Below are positions 63,675 to 64,000 of a stretch of DNA of 64,000 bases, in pieces. The stretch lies in NCBI GenBank assembly GCA_016839365.1, contig JAEOUH010000070.1, positions 68,166-132,165 of the forward strand, written 5' to 3'. The notes under the pieces were generated by a model. It had not been told where the DNA came from. It did no database searches and was given only the letters and a program-made list of their open reading frames with translations. The DNA is from Candidatus Hermodarchaeota archaeon (GTDB taxonomy: Archaea > Asgardarchaeota > Hermodarchaeia > Hermodarchaeales > Hermodarchaeaceae). Within the stretch, counting starts at the first letter, position 1, and each line of letters begins with the position of its first letter. A program made the position numbers and the translations under genes.

Positions 63675-64000
63675 TTAATATTTTGCGAAACCTAGCATTC
63701 GGGGAACGAACTCCTCCAGCAAAGGCTCGAGAGTTGGACCATTGGGATTACGCGTTTCATAATATGGGATTTCTAATTGCTGTGCAAGTGTCCGAGCCCT
63801 CTTTCGAGTGATTTTCCTACGTCCAGAGGGATCGGGCTTATGGCCAACCAAGGCAATCGGAACCTCCCCGTTGATGTCTTTGACCAAGTCATGAAGGGAA
63901 GGCACCATTTCCAATCCGTCTTTGTTGCGAACGTCAAAAACGAAGATGGTTCCATGGGCGCCCCGGTAATGGGTGAGAAAATAGGGGATATGCGGTGGAA
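63675..64000 (-). CDS. Ras/Rab-like small GTPase (N-terminus outside window)
   Basis: The frame is open to the window edge: ...YFLTHYRGAHGTIFVFDVRNKDGLEMVPSLHDLVKDINGEVPIALVGHKPD...YYETRN. The Y(Y)RGA.G..hVhDV block and a G4-like HKPD are visible. Confidence 0.7.
   Translation of the reverse strand, partial: PPHIPYFLTHYRGAHGTIFVFDVRNKDGLEMVPSLHDLVKDINGEVPIALVGHKPDPSGRRKITRKRARTLAQQLEIPYYETRNPNGPTLEPLLEEFVPRMLGFAKY

Noticed and set aside
16952-64000. The idea of a eukaryote-like CaaX processing set: a prenyltransferase-like toroid protein (16952-17995), two ICMT-family methyltransferases (33984-34544, 41364-42032) and a Ras-like GTPase (63675-64000)
   Set aside because: The GTPase ends ...RMLGFAKY with no C-terminal Cys or CaaX box. 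The four genes are dispersed and unlinked. The toroid protein is coupled to UvrA, not to any GTPase. ICMT-like enzymes are also common in prokaryotes. I judge it a coincidence of family names.
1-64000. A search by eye for rRNA, tRNA, CRISPR arrays, transposases/IS ends, integrases and prophage genes
   Set aside because: Every intergenic gap is 381 bp or shorter, and none shows cloverleaf-type complementarity, regularly spaced 25-40-bp repeats or terminal inverted repeats. No ORF has DDE, serine- or tyrosine-recombinase motifs. Small ncRNAs cannot be excluded without covariance-model searches.

Overview
Gene-dense 64-kb chromosomal segment with about 55 protein-coding genes. Reading by eye, I found no rRNA, tRNA, CRISPR array, transposase or integrase. 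The source is probably archaeal, possibly Asgard/Thor-like, but this is inference only. It rests on a CODH/ACS gamma subunit (CdhE), an MfnA-type PLP decarboxylase, an archaeal-type pyruvoyl AdoMetDC-like gene, sequon-rich surface proteins with simple C-terminal TM anchors, a nine-PAS protein, a Ras/Rab-like small GTPase cut by the right edge, AT-rich TATA-like boxes and GGTGA ribosome-binding sites.

Content runs left to right. First comes a giant 5'-truncated repeat surface protein, then a nine-PAS protein and a Cys-X5-Arg phosphatase. Housekeeping genes follow (CDF transporter, cdhE, NAD kinase). The rest is a long accessory stretch dominated by DNA-damage and xenobiotic-handling families, transporters, methyltransferases and membrane or surface proteins of unknown function.

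The most unusual item is a 1642-aa single-chain 'double UvrA' with four ABC ATPase modules. Both halves look like UvrA2 (no UvrB-binding insert). Its stop overlaps (ATGA) the start of an alpha/alpha-toroid repeat protein, and no uvrB or uvrC is present in the window. Around it the window holds two HTH_42 DNA glycosylase paralogs: one AlkZ-like with a Q-A-Q motif and one YcaQ-like with a Q-I-D motif. It also holds an AlkD-like HEAT protein, three GyrI-like domain proteins (one fused to an ArsR wHTH), a DinB-like protein, an ANT(6)-like nucleotidyltransferase, GNATs, flavoproteins and MFS exporters. Together these resemble the self-resistance toolkits of genotoxin producers.

All family assignments are motif and pattern recognition by eye. 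No database search was possible, and start codons are often uncertain because many ORFs begin with TTG or GTG.
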